NCBI GenBank assembly: GCA_965230295.1
Contig: OZ246001.1
Location: 192,001-256,000 of the forward strand
Direction: 5' to 3'
DNA: 64,000 bases
From: Marinicella sp.
GTDB taxonomy: Bacteria; Pseudomonadota; Gammaproteobacteria; Xanthomonadales; Marinicellaceae
Shown: one piece after another, positions 29,337 to 40,058 of the stretch
Position numbering within the stretch: the first letter of the stretch is position 1
How the letters are laid out: every line of letters starts with the position of its first letter
Notes under the pieces: generated by a model
Told to the model about the DNA's origin: nothing
What the model saw: the letters and a program-made list of their open reading frames with translations, nothing else
Databases searched by the model: none
Made by a program: the position numbers and the translations under genes

Positions 29337-29720
29337 ATGATTACTTCTATAACATACATCACTTACATCATCATCAGCGTTGGTATCACCGTTTTTGTTT
29401 CACGCACATTAAGCAGGAACGGAGAAATATATTTGATTGATGGCTTTAATGGCAATGTAGAACTGGCCAAGTCTGTTAACCACATGCTGGTGGTTGGCTT
29501 TTACTTAATCAATGTCGGTTTTGTATTGATGCGCCTACAAGCCAGCAACCAACTGATCAGTTTCGAATCCATGATCATTTATTTAAGCTCCAACATCGGC
29601 CTGGTCTTATTGATCCTGGGTGCATTGCACTTCTTTAACATGATCGTTATCCATAAGTTCAGAGAAAATGGTTTGAAAAAGGCTTACATAGCTGAACAAC
29701 GAAAAGGGTTGATGTCTTAA
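29337..29720 (+). CDS. Small integral membrane protein
   Basis: LAKSVNHMLVVGFYLINVG, three TMs, RBS GAGGA. Confidence 0.75.
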   Translation: MITSITYITYIIISVGITVFVSRTLSRNGEIYLIDGFNGNVELAKSVNHMLVVGFYLINVGFVLMRLQASNQLISFESMIIYLSSNIGLVLLILGALHFFNMIVIHKFRENGLKKAYIAEQRKGLMS

Positions 29721-29860
29721 CCTGGCTTTTAAATGTGGCAGGTAGCGAAGGATGGCCGGCCTGCCACTCATCAGCAAAGTCGACCGCTTATACAAAATGA
29801 CAACCCGATCTAGGTCTATTGGCTAAACTTGAACTCGAATCTACAACAACAGGAAACAAC

Positions 29861-30730
29861 ATGAAACGCCATCTATTCTTAATCACCATATTATTATTTT
29901 CATCAATCGCTTTCAGTGTCGCAGATCAATATGACTTCAAAGTCACTGTGCACGGCGAAGGTCAGCCCATGCTGCTGATCCCAGGCTTGAGTAACTCAGC
30001 TGAAGTTTGGGACAGCACGGTAAAAAAATACCAGGATCAATATGAAATGCACACTGTAACCCTACCCGGATTTGCGGGACAGCCGGCATTGGCTAACAAA
30101 GAAGGTTTTTTACATCAAGTCAGAGATCAGTTATTGGATTACATCCATGCACAAGACTGGAAAAAGCCGGTCATCGTTGGCCACAGCTTGGGCGGTTACG
30201 TATCCCTATTGATGGCCATCGAACGCCCCACCTTGTTTGACAAAATAGTCATTGTTGACGCAGTCCCCTTTATCCCGGCTTTAACCATGCCTGGCGCCAC
30301 TGAAGAAACATCTAAGGTGATGGCCGATGGTATGAAAGCACAGATGTCTCATCAAAACGAAGAGATGCGAGCGGCTTCTTTGAACATGATTCTGGCCACC
30401 ATGATCACCGATAAAGAGAAAATTAAATTGGCTCATCAATGGGGCATGGACAGTGATCCAGCTTCAGTCAATCAAGCCATGTATGAAATGATGACCCAAG
30501 ACATCAGACAGGAGATAGCTGTGATTGAATCACCGACCTTGATCATGGGTGCATGGATTGCCTACAAATCATTTGGTATGTCACATGAACGTTTGGCCAG
30601 CAGTTATGGTGCGCAGTATGAATTATTAAAAGGACACCAATTGGCGATCACTGACATCGGCAAACACTTCATCATGTGGGATGACCCAGAGTTCTATTTT
30701 GCTACAATGAGCGAATTTCTGAATCCATAA
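29861..30730 (+). CDS. Exported alpha/beta hydrolase
   Basis: Signal peptide, GHSLGG, KHFIMWD. Confidence 0.9.
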   Translation: MKRHLFLITILLFSSIAFSVADQYDFKVTVHGEGQPMLLIPGLSNSAEVWDSTVKKYQDQYEMHTVTLPGFAGQPALANKEGFLHQVRDQLLDYIHAQDWKKPVIVGHSLGGYVSLLMAIERPTLFDKIVIVDAVPFIPALTMPGATEETSKVMADGMKAQMSHQNEEMRAASLNMILATMITDKEKIKLAHQWGMDSDPASVNQAMYEMMTQDIRQEIAVIESPTLIMGAWIAYKSFGMSHERLASSYGAQYELLKGHQLAITDIGKHFIMWDDPEFYFATMSEFLNP

Positions 30731-30746
30731 GCCAACAACTAACAAC

Positions 30747-31799
30747 ATGCGATCCAACACCCAATTTTGGCTGATCAACACAGCAGGCTGGTTCACCTTC
30801 CTGCTGTGTACTGGCTTGTTCTTTGCTTACTTCAGTGGCAACATGACCATGCACACTTTGTTGATCCAATCCTTTGCTTTCTCCTACTACTTACCAGCCT
30901 CTGGCTTGTTGCGCAAGTGGATCAACCAACTGGGCTGGTTCGATAATAAATCTCAAGCCAAATTAATTCCCCTGTTGTTCATCATCACCTTTGCCTTGGC
31001 TTTTATCGGCCAATTTTTGGTGTCTTTGATCATGATGTATGGATTCAACATGATGAATTGGGAAACTTACTCGATTCCGATTCTGTTGATGACCACGGTA
31101 CAAAACTGGATCATCTTGTGTTTATGGACGGTGCTGTATTTGATGCTAAAACACATGCGGAATAATCGCCAGCAACAGCTTAAACAGATACAATTGGAAG
31201 CGGCTTTGCATGCCACAGAACTGAAAGCATTGAAAGCACAGTTGAACCCGCATTTCATCTTTAACTGCTTAAACAACATGCGTGCCATGGCCATTGATGA
31301 TGGCATCAAGACCCGGGAAATGATCACCAACCTGTCAGAAATACTGAAATATTCCTTTCAATTCGGCGATCACAACCAAGTGACTGTGGCACGTGAAGTT
31401 CAACATGTGAAACACTACCTGGCCTTGGAGGGCATTCAATTTGAAGATCGGTTGAGTTACGAGTTTAAAGTTGATGCGGTCGTTGAGCAGTTGATGATAC
31501 CCACCCTTTCCATTCAATTATTGGTCGAAAACGCCATCAAACATGGCATCATGGGCTTGCCTGATGGTGGCCACATCCAAATCAACATCACCCAAGTCAA
31601 TCAGGTTTTGACCATCACCGTCACCAACACAGGCCAAATTGATGACCAACCGCCAGAGTCAACCGGTGTTGGCTTAACCAATTTAAAACAACGACTGGCT
31701 CTGATCTATGGAGATCAAGCCACTTTGAGCATTCAAAACATCGGCCAAGATCGAGTGGCCGTCCAAGTCAAAATCCCAATAGAAGAAAAAGATGACTGA
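30747..31799 (+). CDS. LytS-type sensor histidine kinase
   Basis: LKAQLNPHFIFNCLNN, LVENAIKHG, GVGLTNL. Confidence 0.92.
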   Translation: MRSNTQFWLINTAGWFTFLLCTGLFFAYFSGNMTMHTLLIQSFAFSYYLPASGLLRKWINQLGWFDNKSQAKLIPLLFIITFALAFIGQFLVSLIMMYGFNMMNWETYSIPILLMTTVQNWIILCLWTVLYLMLKHMRNNRQQQLKQIQLEAALHATELKALKAQLNPHFIFNCLNNMRAMAIDDGIKTREMITNLSEILKYSFQFGDHNQVTVAREVQHVKHYLALEGIQFEDRLSYEFKVDAVVEQLMIPTLSIQLLVENAIKHGIMGLPDGGHIQINITQVNQVLTITVTNTGQIDDQPPESTGVGLTNLKQRLALIYGDQATLSIQNIGQDRVAVQVKIPIEEKDD

Positions 31800-32508
31800 T
31801 ACCATCCAAGCCCTGATCATCGATGATTCCAGATTGGCCAGAAAAGAGCTGAAACACCTGTTAACCGTCCACCCAAGCATTGAAATTGTTGGCGAAGCCA
31901 ATTCTGGACAAGCGGCTCTTGAATGGTTGTCCAACAACCATGTCGATGTGATGTTTTTGGACATTCAAATGCCTGGTATGGATGGCTTCGAATTGTTACA
32001 ACAATTGGACCACCTGCCACAAGTGGTGTTTGTCACTGCCTATGACCAATATGCGATCAGGGCTTTTGAGCACAATGCTTTGGATTATTTACAAAAGCCG
32101 ATTGAACCAGGTGATTTACATCGAGCTGTTGAGCGCATCAGCAAAACAGACGCACAACCCACCAAAGAGCGATTACTCAGCAGGGGAGATTCAGTGTTTG
32201 TTAAAGATGGCGAACAATGCTGGTTTGTTGATGTGGCTGACATCAGACTGTTGGAAGTGGATGGCAATTACACCACCCTATATTTTGCAGAACATCGCCC
32301 TATGCTGCCTAAAACCTTGAATCATCTGGCCTCTCGTTTGGATCCAGAGTTGTTTTTTCGTGCCAATCGCAATCAAATGTTCAACCTCAAGCACATCCAA
32401 TCGGTTGAACCCTGGGTGCAAGGCATTCGGGTGGTTTTGTCTGGCGGGGAGAAAATAGAGCTGTCCAGGCGGCAAACGCAAAAGTTCAAGGAAATGATGA
32501 GTTTGTGA
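31792..32508 (+). CDS. LytTR family response regulator
   Basis: IIDD, FLDIQMP, VTAYDQYAIRAFE, FFRANR. Confidence 0.93.
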   Translation: MTDTIQALIIDDSRLARKELKHLLTVHPSIEIVGEANSGQAALEWLSNNHVDVMFLDIQMPGMDGFELLQQLDHLPQVVFVTAYDQYAIRAFEHNALDYLQKPIEPGDLHRAVERISKTDAQPTKERLLSRGDSVFVKDGEQCWFVDVADIRLLEVDGNYTTLYFAEHRPMLPKTLNHLASRLDPELFFRANRNQMFNLKHIQSVEPWVQGIRVVLSGGEKIELSRRQTQKFKEMMSL

Positions 32509-32551
32509 TGATGTATATTGTGTGCATGTTTGATTTACTTGCCATGCTCGA

Positions 32552-32735
32552 CGTTCACTGAGCGCAGTCGAAGTGAACTCAATAAATGGTTTAAAGGCTC
32601 ATTTTGTATGGGCTATGGCTCCGCTCAGCCCGCGATCCATTGGCTGAGCGGAGCCGAAGCCCTCCTAAGAAGAAATATTAAACTGTTCAAGATGCTCACC
32701 ACGACAGGCTCAGTACAGGCTGGAGTCGAAACCAG
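32552..32735. repeat. REP-like palindrome cluster (CTGAGCGGAGTCGAAG family)
   Basis: Several copies and inverted copies between convergent genes. Confidence 0.75.
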
Positions 32736-32737
32736 CG

Positions 32738-33193
32738 TCATAAATCCAAACTCATAAACACATTATTCGGATCTTTGACATAATCACCAAATGGTTCACA
32801 GTAGGTGAATCCATATCGACTGTAAAACTGTCGGGCCGGCTCAAAATAAGCCATAGAGCCGGTTTCAAGTTTCAATTGTTGATAGCCCCTTTGGTTCGCT
32901 TCTGTTAATACATGATTGAGTAATCGCTTTCCAACACCTTTGCGGGTATGCGCCGGGGCGGTCTTCATGGATTTGATTTCGCCAAAATCTGCATCCCAAT
33001 GTTTCAAAGCGACACAACCGAGTAATTCATCTTGATCCCACAATGACCAAAAGGTGATTTCAGGTTGTTGCAAAGCTTCCACATCCAGCACATGACGGCT
33101 TTCTGGCGGTGAATGTTCGGCCATGCGGTCTTGGTGCTCATTCAACAAAGCCAAAACCGCTGGATGTCCTAAGCCGCCCACTTTGATTTTCAT
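32738..33193 (-). CDS. GNAT N-acetyltransferase (YsnE-like)
   Basis: GEIKSMKT, RKGVG, LKLETGS. Confidence 0.9.
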   Translation of the reverse strand: MKIKVGGLGHPAVLALLNEHQDRMAEHSPPESRHVLDVEALQQPEITFWSLWDQDELLGCVALKHWDADFGEIKSMKTAPAHTRKGVGKRLLNHVLTEANQRGYQQLKLETGSMAYFEPARQFYSRYGFTYCEPFGDYVKDPNNVFMSLDL

Positions 33194-33200
33194 AGACGCT

Positions 33201-34661
33201 TCAGTCAAAATCATCAACAAAAATCAAATCACAACTGATGTCACCGCAGAATTCATAGGCGCCAATGTCCATGGTATCGGTAGCCGGCCTGCTCTGCATG
33301 ATTTGGTGTTTGATGTATTGTTGGGTCACTGCATGGTCTGGCAACAAACTGGCGACTGGAGCCATGCCATTATTGATCAGAACAGAGGTAGCTAGCAGCT
33401 TCCAATTTTCATTGGCCACACTGGTAAAACCAGGATCTGAACCGGTTAAATTACTGCCTAAGTCTGAAATGGTTCCAGTTGGCGTACAATGGCAGTCTTG
33501 CCAGCCGGTCTTGAACCAGTTGTGTTCCATATCCACCTGACCTGAACCACCTATCAAAGCCAATAAGTTACCACTGCCAGTTCCATAGTACACATTATTG
33601 AACACATGGGCCGTCTCGTCATTGGTCGATAATCTCATCAAGGTGGTGTTACCAGTGCGGGTACTGATGACGGTGTTGTTATAAAAATACAAGGTACCTT
33701 TGCGGTAATCACTGGTGGTACCACTGTCTCCGCCGTAATGCACCATTTGTGAATTCCCTTGCCCATCAGACTCCATCAGGACATTGCCATAGACATGGGT
33801 GGTTGTATAGCTGGGATGATTCACCAACACACTGGAGTCTTCGGCATCAACCAGATCAAGCTGCCGGTTGCCATCCTGGATCCAGTTATAGCGGACCACC
33901 AACCCTGCCGACCGGTCCTTCAGGTTATTGCCTAAGGCACCCGTGCGCAAGGGGCCAAAATGATTACCCTCATAAATGATGCCAATGGCTGCTGTGTAGG
34001 TGTTGTGTTCAAAAATCCGCCCTTCTATGCCGTTGTCATAAATGTGGTTTTTCTGAATCAGAATGTCTTGTGTTTGCCCACCATTGGCGCCAATAAAAAT
34101 GCCGTTACCGGAATCACGAATGGTGTTGTTGCGGATGGTGATGTTTTGGCCAATTTCGACATAAACGCTGGCGGCATTGTTGGAATAAGTTTCTGTGCCA
34201 CCGCTGTCATTGGTGAATTGAAAGGGTGGCCGTGCTGAACGGAGGTCCAGATTCTCGATGATGATGTGCTCCGGTATGTCATTATCGGGTGTGTTTGAAC
34301 CACCAATTTTAATCAAACCTCGACGCTCATTCCAAAAATTAACCCCCGGGACTGTGGTTGCACCATTGCCATCGATGATCGGTTGTTGACCTTGTGGACC
34401 ATTGACTCCAATCACCTGAATTGGGTTTTGTTCCGTGCCCACACCATTGATCACCCATTTTTCTTTATAGGGAGTAGCCCGCCAATGAATAAATACCCGA
34501 TCACCGGCCTGGATATTGGCCCATGGAACATCTCCAATGTTTTGGTACGGTGGGTTAGAATCCACATGATAATCAATAGCTTGGCCAACGGTGCTGATAA
34601 ACAGCAATACAAGCCCCAATTGAAATGTTCTGATGGTTAACATAACTCGATACAAATTCAA
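33201..34661 (-). CDS. Secreted right-handed beta-helix protein (polysaccharide-active type) ending DLIFVDDFD
   Basis: Signal peptide, PbH1-like repeats, DIGAYE, C-terminal motif. Confidence 0.85.
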   Translation of the reverse strand: MNLYRVMLTIRTFQLGLVLLFISTVGQAIDYHVDSNPPYQNIGDVPWANIQAGDRVFIHWRATPYKEKWVINGVGTEQNPIQVIGVNGPQGQQPIIDGNGATTVPGVNFWNERRGLIKIGGSNTPDNDIPEHIIIENLDLRSARPPFQFTNDSGGTETYSNNAASVYVEIGQNITIRNNTIRDSGNGIFIGANGGQTQDILIQKNHIYDNGIEGRIFEHNTYTAAIGIIYEGNHFGPLRTGALGNNLKDRSAGLVVRYNWIQDGNRQLDLVDAEDSSVLVNHPSYTTTHVYGNVLMESDGQGNSQMVHYGGDSGTTSDYRKGTLYFYNNTVISTRTGNTTLMRLSTNDETAHVFNNVYYGTGSGNLLALIGGSGQVDMEHNWFKTGWQDCHCTPTGTISDLGSNLTGSDPGFTSVANENWKLLATSVLINNGMAPVASLLPDHAVTQQYIKHQIMQSRPATDTMDIGAYEFCGDISCDLIFVDDFD

Positions 34662-34756
34662 GAAGCCTTAAATTGTATATGTTATCCGGTTCAATAACTG
34701 TTAATTGGGTCCTGTTTTTACCTCTGTAGTAAAATAATTACTTTCAATAACCGGAA

Positions 34757-35122
34757 GTGACAATGCGCGTATATAACCCGAACAAGGCAGTCAATCAACT
34801 GAGTGAAATGGAGTTTCAAGAATTGAGCACATTCAATGAAGGCAGCAGCGGGGTTTTCTGGGGTGAGGCCAGCGACTGGTCACCTTGGGAAATGCATCCT
34901 GATTGTGATGAATTGTTGCATGTGATAGATGGCGCCATCAAACTTGAAGTGCTGCCCTTTGAAGGTGAGGACATCACTGTCGTGTCTTTAAAAACTGGTG
35001 ACTTTTCTCACATCCCTCGTGGCCAATGGCACCGTCAAAAACTTCTGGTCAAAACCAAGGAGTTTTACCTGACCCCGGGACCCACCCTGCATTCACACAG
35101 TTTGGATCCCAGAAAAGATTAA
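34757..35122 (+). CDS. Cupin domain protein
   Basis: WEMHPDCDELLHVIDG and IPRGQWHR. Confidence 0.85.
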   Translation: MTMRVYNPNKAVNQLSEMEFQELSTFNEGSSGVFWGEASDWSPWEMHPDCDELLHVIDGAIKLEVLPFEGEDITVVSLKTGDFSHIPRGQWHRQKLLVKTKEFYLTPGPTLHSHSLDPRKD

Positions 35123-35131
35123 ACCAATCGA

Positions 35132-36523
35132 TCAAAACTGTGAACAAAGATTACCGTCAAAGTCATTGGCAAAAATGGTGTCAGCTGGGTACTGCTGTAT
35201 ATCCACAGGTGCATCCAAGAACGGTGTGTATTGAATCACTCCTTGGGCACCTCCAATGGCATCATCAAGACTGTCTGATATGCGGTCACCACTGCCACCC
35301 AAGTTGTTGATGTGCGTGGGGCCACTGATGTGATTCCACCAATTATTGCTTGCATCCACTGCATTGTTATTCACTCCAGCATGTACAGCTGCAGTCACAT
35401 GGTTAACAAAATTATTGTTGTTGATTAGATAATTGGCCGAGGGCTCTGCACCATTACTGAAAAAAATCCCCACATCATTACTGGCAAAGGAAGAACAGTT
35501 CACTTCGAATCTGGTCAATTCATTGCCTACCAAATTGGTTGGAAGTACTTCAATGCCAGCGGCGCCATTGCCATTGAGCAAGGTTCTGGTAACTGAGAAT
35601 TCACCGGCACTGATCACAAAAATACCAGAGAAAAATTCAATCACGGCATTGTTGTTGAAGGTTGAATCCGAAATCTCTGTGTTGACCATATCAATCACTG
35701 CCAAACCTGGCCCCCGGTTGTTGTTCCCGACCAGGTTTTTGACAGTCAAACTACCGGCTGCACCCACCACAGTTCCGGCAGAGTCATTGCTGTCATCTCC
35801 ATTGGCAGAGGCTTCTGAGTCAAGTATGGTTACGGTGATGTCATCGGTTTGCGTGGCTGAGGATACATCGATGCCTTCACTGATGTTTCCGTTTGCCATG
35901 ACATTCATTACGGTGATCTGGGTACCGGCTGGACCATCTAGATTCAAACCACTGCTTTGGTTGTTGTTGGCAATTGAGTGCAACACTTCGATGGTGTGGT
36001 TACCGACCGACACTTCCACATCTATTCCATCGTTGTTGTTGCCATTGGCAGTTACATGGCTGATGATGATGTCTCCATTGACCAAGTCCAAATCAATGCC
36101 ATCATCATCGACCGCTGTTACCAGCATACCGCTGATCGAAACATTCCCAACAAAGAAGCTGTTACTGTGTACAAACGCGGCACCTGTGGCTGGAGAAATC
36201 TGAACAGTACCAACCGCTTGTGTGTTGTTACCATCAACGGCTATAAAACTGATGTTACCATCGGTTGCTGTGCCCAAGCCGCTGCCCATCATAGACAAGT
36301 CCACCGACTCGGTATAAGTACCAGGAAACACCCTGATTTCATCATCAGCTGCTGCTTGATTCAAAGCTTGTTGAATGGTGCTGTAACAATTGGTTAAGCC
36401 ATTACAGTTGCCGACATTATCGACATGATGAGTCTCCGCATGAACCAGAGTGCCTAACGACAGTAAGCCAATGCTCTGCAAAATGAGTTTCAGTGTTTTG
36501 TAATTATTTATTAATGGTTTCAT
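35132..36523 (-). CDS. Secreted beta-helix protein with DTIFANDFD near the C-terminus
   Basis: TIQQAL...PGTYTE start, Asn-ladder repeats, DASNNWW. Confidence 0.85.
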   Translation of the reverse strand: MKPLINNYKTLKLILQSIGLLSLGTLVHAETHHVDNVGNCNGLTNCYSTIQQALNQAAADDEIRVFPGTYTESVDLSMMGSGLGTATDGNISFIAVDGNNTQAVGTVQISPATGAAFVHSNSFFVGNVSISGMLVTAVDDDGIDLDLVNGDIIISHVTANGNNNDGIDVEVSVGNHTIEVLHSIANNNQSSGLNLDGPAGTQITVMNVMANGNISEGIDVSSATQTDDITVTILDSEASANGDDSNDSAGTVVGAAGSLTVKNLVGNNNRGPGLAVIDMVNTEISDSTFNNNAVIEFFSGIFVISAGEFSVTRTLLNGNGAAGIEVLPTNLVGNELTRFEVNCSSFASNDVGIFFSNGAEPSANYLINNNNFVNHVTAAVHAGVNNNAVDASNNWWNHISGPTHINNLGGSGDRISDSLDDAIGGAQGVIQYTPFLDAPVDIQQYPADTIFANDFDGNLCSQF

Positions 36524-36549
36524 ATTTTTTGTGGTTGTATCAATGGTGT

Positions 36550-37122
36550 TTAATGGGATTTTTTGACATATTCAGTCAGTATGACAATGCGTTGGCTTTC
36601 AACTTTTCCTTCAATTTGATTTGGGTTGTCATGAACCAGCGCAATGTTTCTGACCGCAGTGCCTTGTTTGGCCGTGAAGCCACCGCCTTTGACCTTCAGA
36701 TCTTTGACCAAAGTCACGGTATCACCGGCTTCCAATGGTGCGCCATGACAATCGCTGTGAACCACCCGTTCTTGGCCTTCACCGGTGGCTTGGGCCCATT
36801 TCATTTGGTCCTCTTCCAGGTACATCATGTCCAATAAATCTCGGGGCCAACCCTCAGGTGACAACCGGGTCAACATCCGCCAGGCCAATACCTTGATGCC
36901 CGTCACTTCACTCCACATGCTGTCATTCAAACAACGCCAGTGGTTGACTTCTGTTTGGTCAGGATCGTCAATTTGGCTGCGGCAAGCAATACACAGGTAT
37001 ACGCAAGAATCAACATCAACTTGTTCAATCGGTTGCACTTGATAAACGGCCAGTTGATCGGTTGACTGACACAATTCACAATGGTCACCAGATCGTTCTT
37101 TAAGGATTGCTTCAATATTCAT
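36550..37122 (-). CDS. PhnA domain protein
   Basis: CELC, HWRCLNDSMWSE, GDTVTLVKDLKVKG. Confidence 0.88.
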   Translation of the reverse strand: MNIEAILKERSGDHCELCQSTDQLAVYQVQPIEQVDVDSCVYLCIACRSQIDDPDQTEVNHWRCLNDSMWSEVTGIKVLAWRMLTRLSPEGWPRDLLDMMYLEEDQMKWAQATGEGQERVVHSDCHGAPLEAGDTVTLVKDLKVKGGGFTAKQGTAVRNIALVHDNPNQIEGKVESQRIVILTEYVKKSH

Positions 37123-37267
37123 GCGGCGCATTATAAAGGAATGCTTATGGGTCTTCATTCATTTTGATCCAGATAATTTTTAGTTTTGACCCATTCGTTG
37201 CTTAATCCTGAGCAAAGGCCTGCATCCAGATCCTGTCCTTCCACGGGCTGAAGTCCACGCACCAAAT

Positions 37268-37453
37268 GTCATTGCGAGGAGCGCAGCGACGTGGCAATCT
37301 CGAGTCTGTTAACACTCAATGAATGGTATTAATTCGTTACGTCATCCTGCGGCTTGACCGCAGGATCCAGGTTTGCTGAGCTAAAATGCTTCAGAAGTTC
37401 TCTGATATCAAGTAATTTACTCAGCTTAGGCCCGAATCAAGTCCGGGATGACG
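37268..37453. repeat. REP-like cluster (GTCATTGCGAG and GTCATCC..GGATGAC families)
   Basis: Palindromes related to those at 24778-25159 and 27882-28070. Confidence 0.7.
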
Positions 37454-37620
37454 GTAGTGATAATTTTCAGTATTTATCAGCCACTTGTGGGCCTTCTGAA
37501 AAAGTTCTCCACAATATACAGCATACTCAACAACCGTGTGGCTTCACTGAGTTAATTTATGGGTGACATTTGACAACAAGCTTGGCACAATAAATCTCTG
37601 TTTTGACCAACGAGGGACAC

Positions 37621-40038
37621 ATGAAACATTTGAGCTCACTTTTAATTATTATCATGATCAGTACGTTGGCTGTGGCCAATGACAAGGCGAGTAAAGACAT
37701 TGCCGGATTTACAACAGGCATGGAACTTCACGAAGGATTTCTGGATTTTTATTGGGATGAAAAAACCGGCAAGATTTTTTTAAAAGTTGATCAATTTGAT
37801 CAAGATTTACTGTATGTGTATTACCTACAATCAGGTGTGGGGTCCAATGACATTGGTTTAGACCGGGGCCAAATCGGTGGCAACGCTTTGGTTCACTTCA
37901 AGAGGATGGGCCATAAAGTCTTGATGGTCGAACCCAATCAATCCTATCGAGCTTATTCTGACAATGCCGCTGAGCGATTGGCGGTGGCAGACGGTTTCGC
38001 CCAATCGGTTTTATTTGGTGGTGAAATTGTGGCGCAAAGCGACGGTGCTGTGCTGGTTGATTGGACTGGGTTTTTGTTGCGTGACTCACAAGGCATAGCC
38101 AACCGTCTAGCGCAAATGAAAGAAGGCCAATTCAGTGTTGACCAAAACCGCTCTGCCATTTTCATGGCCAACAGCAAGAACTTTCCAAACAACACCGAAT
38201 TTGAATCATTGATAACCTTACAAGGGAAAGATCCAGGGCCACACATACGCTCAGTGGCACCTGCACAAGACATCATCAGCATCAGGACCCACCATTCTTT
38301 GATTAAATTACCTGACCAACCCTACAAAACACGTGATTTTGATCCTCGCTCAGGCGCCATACCCATCAGTTTCAAAGACTATGCAGCACCGCTTGGACAG
38401 CGCATGAATAAACAGTGGGTGGTCCGTCACCGCCTCGAAAAAAAAGACCCGTCAGCTGACATCAGCGATCCCATAGAACCCATCGTTTACTTCCTTGATC
38501 CTGGAACACCCGAACCCGTTCGATCGGCTTTGTTGGATGGGGCCAAATGGTGGTCAGAGGCGTTTGAAGCGGCAGGTTTCAGCAATGCCTTCCAAGTCAA
38601 ACTTTTGCCAGAAGGTGCGGATCCACTTGATGTTCGTTACAACACCATTCAATGGGTCCACCGGTCAACCAGAGGTTGGTCATATGGGGCCAGTGTTGTG
38701 GATCCAAGAAGTGGTGAAATTCTGAAAGGACATGTCACGCTGGGTTCGTTGCGGGTCAGGCAAGACATGTTGATCGCACAAAGCCTGTTATCACCCTATG
38801 ATGGTAAACAAGATGCCGAGCAGCTTGAAAAAGATGTTCAAAACATGGCTTTGGCCAGGTTACGTCAACTGTCAGCACATGAAGTTGGACACACTTTAGG
38901 TCTGATCCATAATTTTTATGCGAGCAGCAATAACCGGGCTTCGGTGATGGACTATCCGCATCCGCTGGTAAAAATAACTGAAGCAGGGAATTTAAGCCTT
39001 ACAGATGCCTATGATGTGGGCATCGGCGACTGGGATAAAGTCTCCTTACGATACCTATATCAAGATTTTGCTCAACAAGATGAAAACACTGCTTTGGATC
39101 AACTGCTGGACCAAGCCCGAAACCAGGGCCATGTGTTCATTGCTGACCGAGATGCCAGAACCCAGGGTGGTTCTCATCCTTTTGCACACCTGTGGGACAA
39201 TGGCAAAGATGCGGCCCAAGGGTTGATGGATGTCTTGGCTGTCAGGAAAAAAGCCCTCAACGAATTTGGCTTAGACACCATCAAAATGGGCCAACCCGTT
39301 GCTGAACTTGAACGCCACTTGGCTCCTGTTTACCTGTTCCACCGATACCAGACAGAAGCCGCTGTTAAACTGATAGCTGGGGTCAATTACCGATATGCCA
39401 TCAAAGGAGAACCCGATGTTGAGGCAACGATCGTGGACCCAACTACACAAGCTTCGGCCCTTAAGGCCATCATGGCCACTTTGTCTGCTGAAACATTGGC
39501 CATACCCAAAGATTTGTTGCCTATTTTGTTACCACCAGCTCAAGGCAGTTACCGTGACCGGGAGCATTTTAAACACCGCACCGGGTTGAATTTTGATGCC
39601 CTTGGCGTGGCTGAAACTGCAGCCAAACATTCTTTAAAACTGCTGCTGAATGTAGAACGAGTCAATCGCCTGGTGGAACACCATGCCCGAAACCAGCAAT
39701 ACCCAAGTCTGAACTCAGTCCTTAAGCATTTATGGCAACACACATGGCAGACCCGATACAAAGACCTATACATGCAATCAATTCAGCATGGCATCAACTG
39801 GGTCACGTTATTACAACTGATGGATCTGGCCGCTGATGATAAAGCTGCACCGGCCACCCAATCTCATGTGTTAAATTTCTTGCGAAAACAACAAAAAGCT
39901 TTGGCCAAAAACCGGCAGCACAAAGCATTCAACCTGATGGCGGTAACGGCCATCAGGCAGTTCTTGGAGAGTCCAGAACGCAAAATGTTACCCACCCATC
40001 AACCCATACCGCCTGGTTCCCCAATCGGTATGCATTGA
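37621..40038 (+). CDS. Zinc-dependent metalloprotease (DUF5117/DUF4953 type)
   Basis: Signal peptide, HEVGHTLGLIH, Met-turn SVMDY. Confidence 0.92.
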   Translation: MKHLSSLLIIIMISTLAVANDKASKDIAGFTTGMELHEGFLDFYWDEKTGKIFLKVDQFDQDLLYVYYLQSGVGSNDIGLDRGQIGGNALVHFKRMGHKVLMVEPNQSYRAYSDNAAERLAVADGFAQSVLFGGEIVAQSDGAVLVDWTGFLLRDSQGIANRLAQMKEGQFSVDQNRSAIFMANSKNFPNNTEFESLITLQGKDPGPHIRSVAPAQDIISIRTHHSLIKLPDQPYKTRDFDPRSGAIPISFKDYAAPLGQRMNKQWVVRHRLEKKDPSADISDPIEPIVYFLDPGTPEPVRSALLDGAKWWSEAFEAAGFSNAFQVKLLPEGADPLDVRYNTIQWVHRSTRGWSYGASVVDPRSGEILKGHVTLGSLRVRQDMLIAQSLLSPYDGKQDAEQLEKDVQNMALARLRQLSAHEVGHTLGLIHNFYASSNNRASVMDYPHPLVKITEAGNLSLTDAYDVGIGDWDKVSLRYLYQDFAQQDENTALDQLLDQARNQGHVFIADRDARTQGGSHPFAHLWDNGKDAAQGLMDVLAVRKKALNEFGLDTIKMGQPVAELERHLAPVYLFHRYQTEAAVKLIAGVNYRYAIKGEPDVEATIVDPTTQASALKAIMATLSAETLAIPKDLLPILLPPAQGSYRDREHFKHRTGLNFDALGVAETAAKHSLKLLLNVERVNRLVEHHARNQQYPSLNSVLKHLWQHTWQTRYKDLYMQSIQHGINWVTLLQLMDLAADDKAAPATQSHVLNFLRKQQKALAKNRQHKAFNLMAVTAIRQFLESPERKMLPTHQPIPPGSPIGMH

Positions 40039-40058
40039 TGGATGAGGTTCAAGGGAGT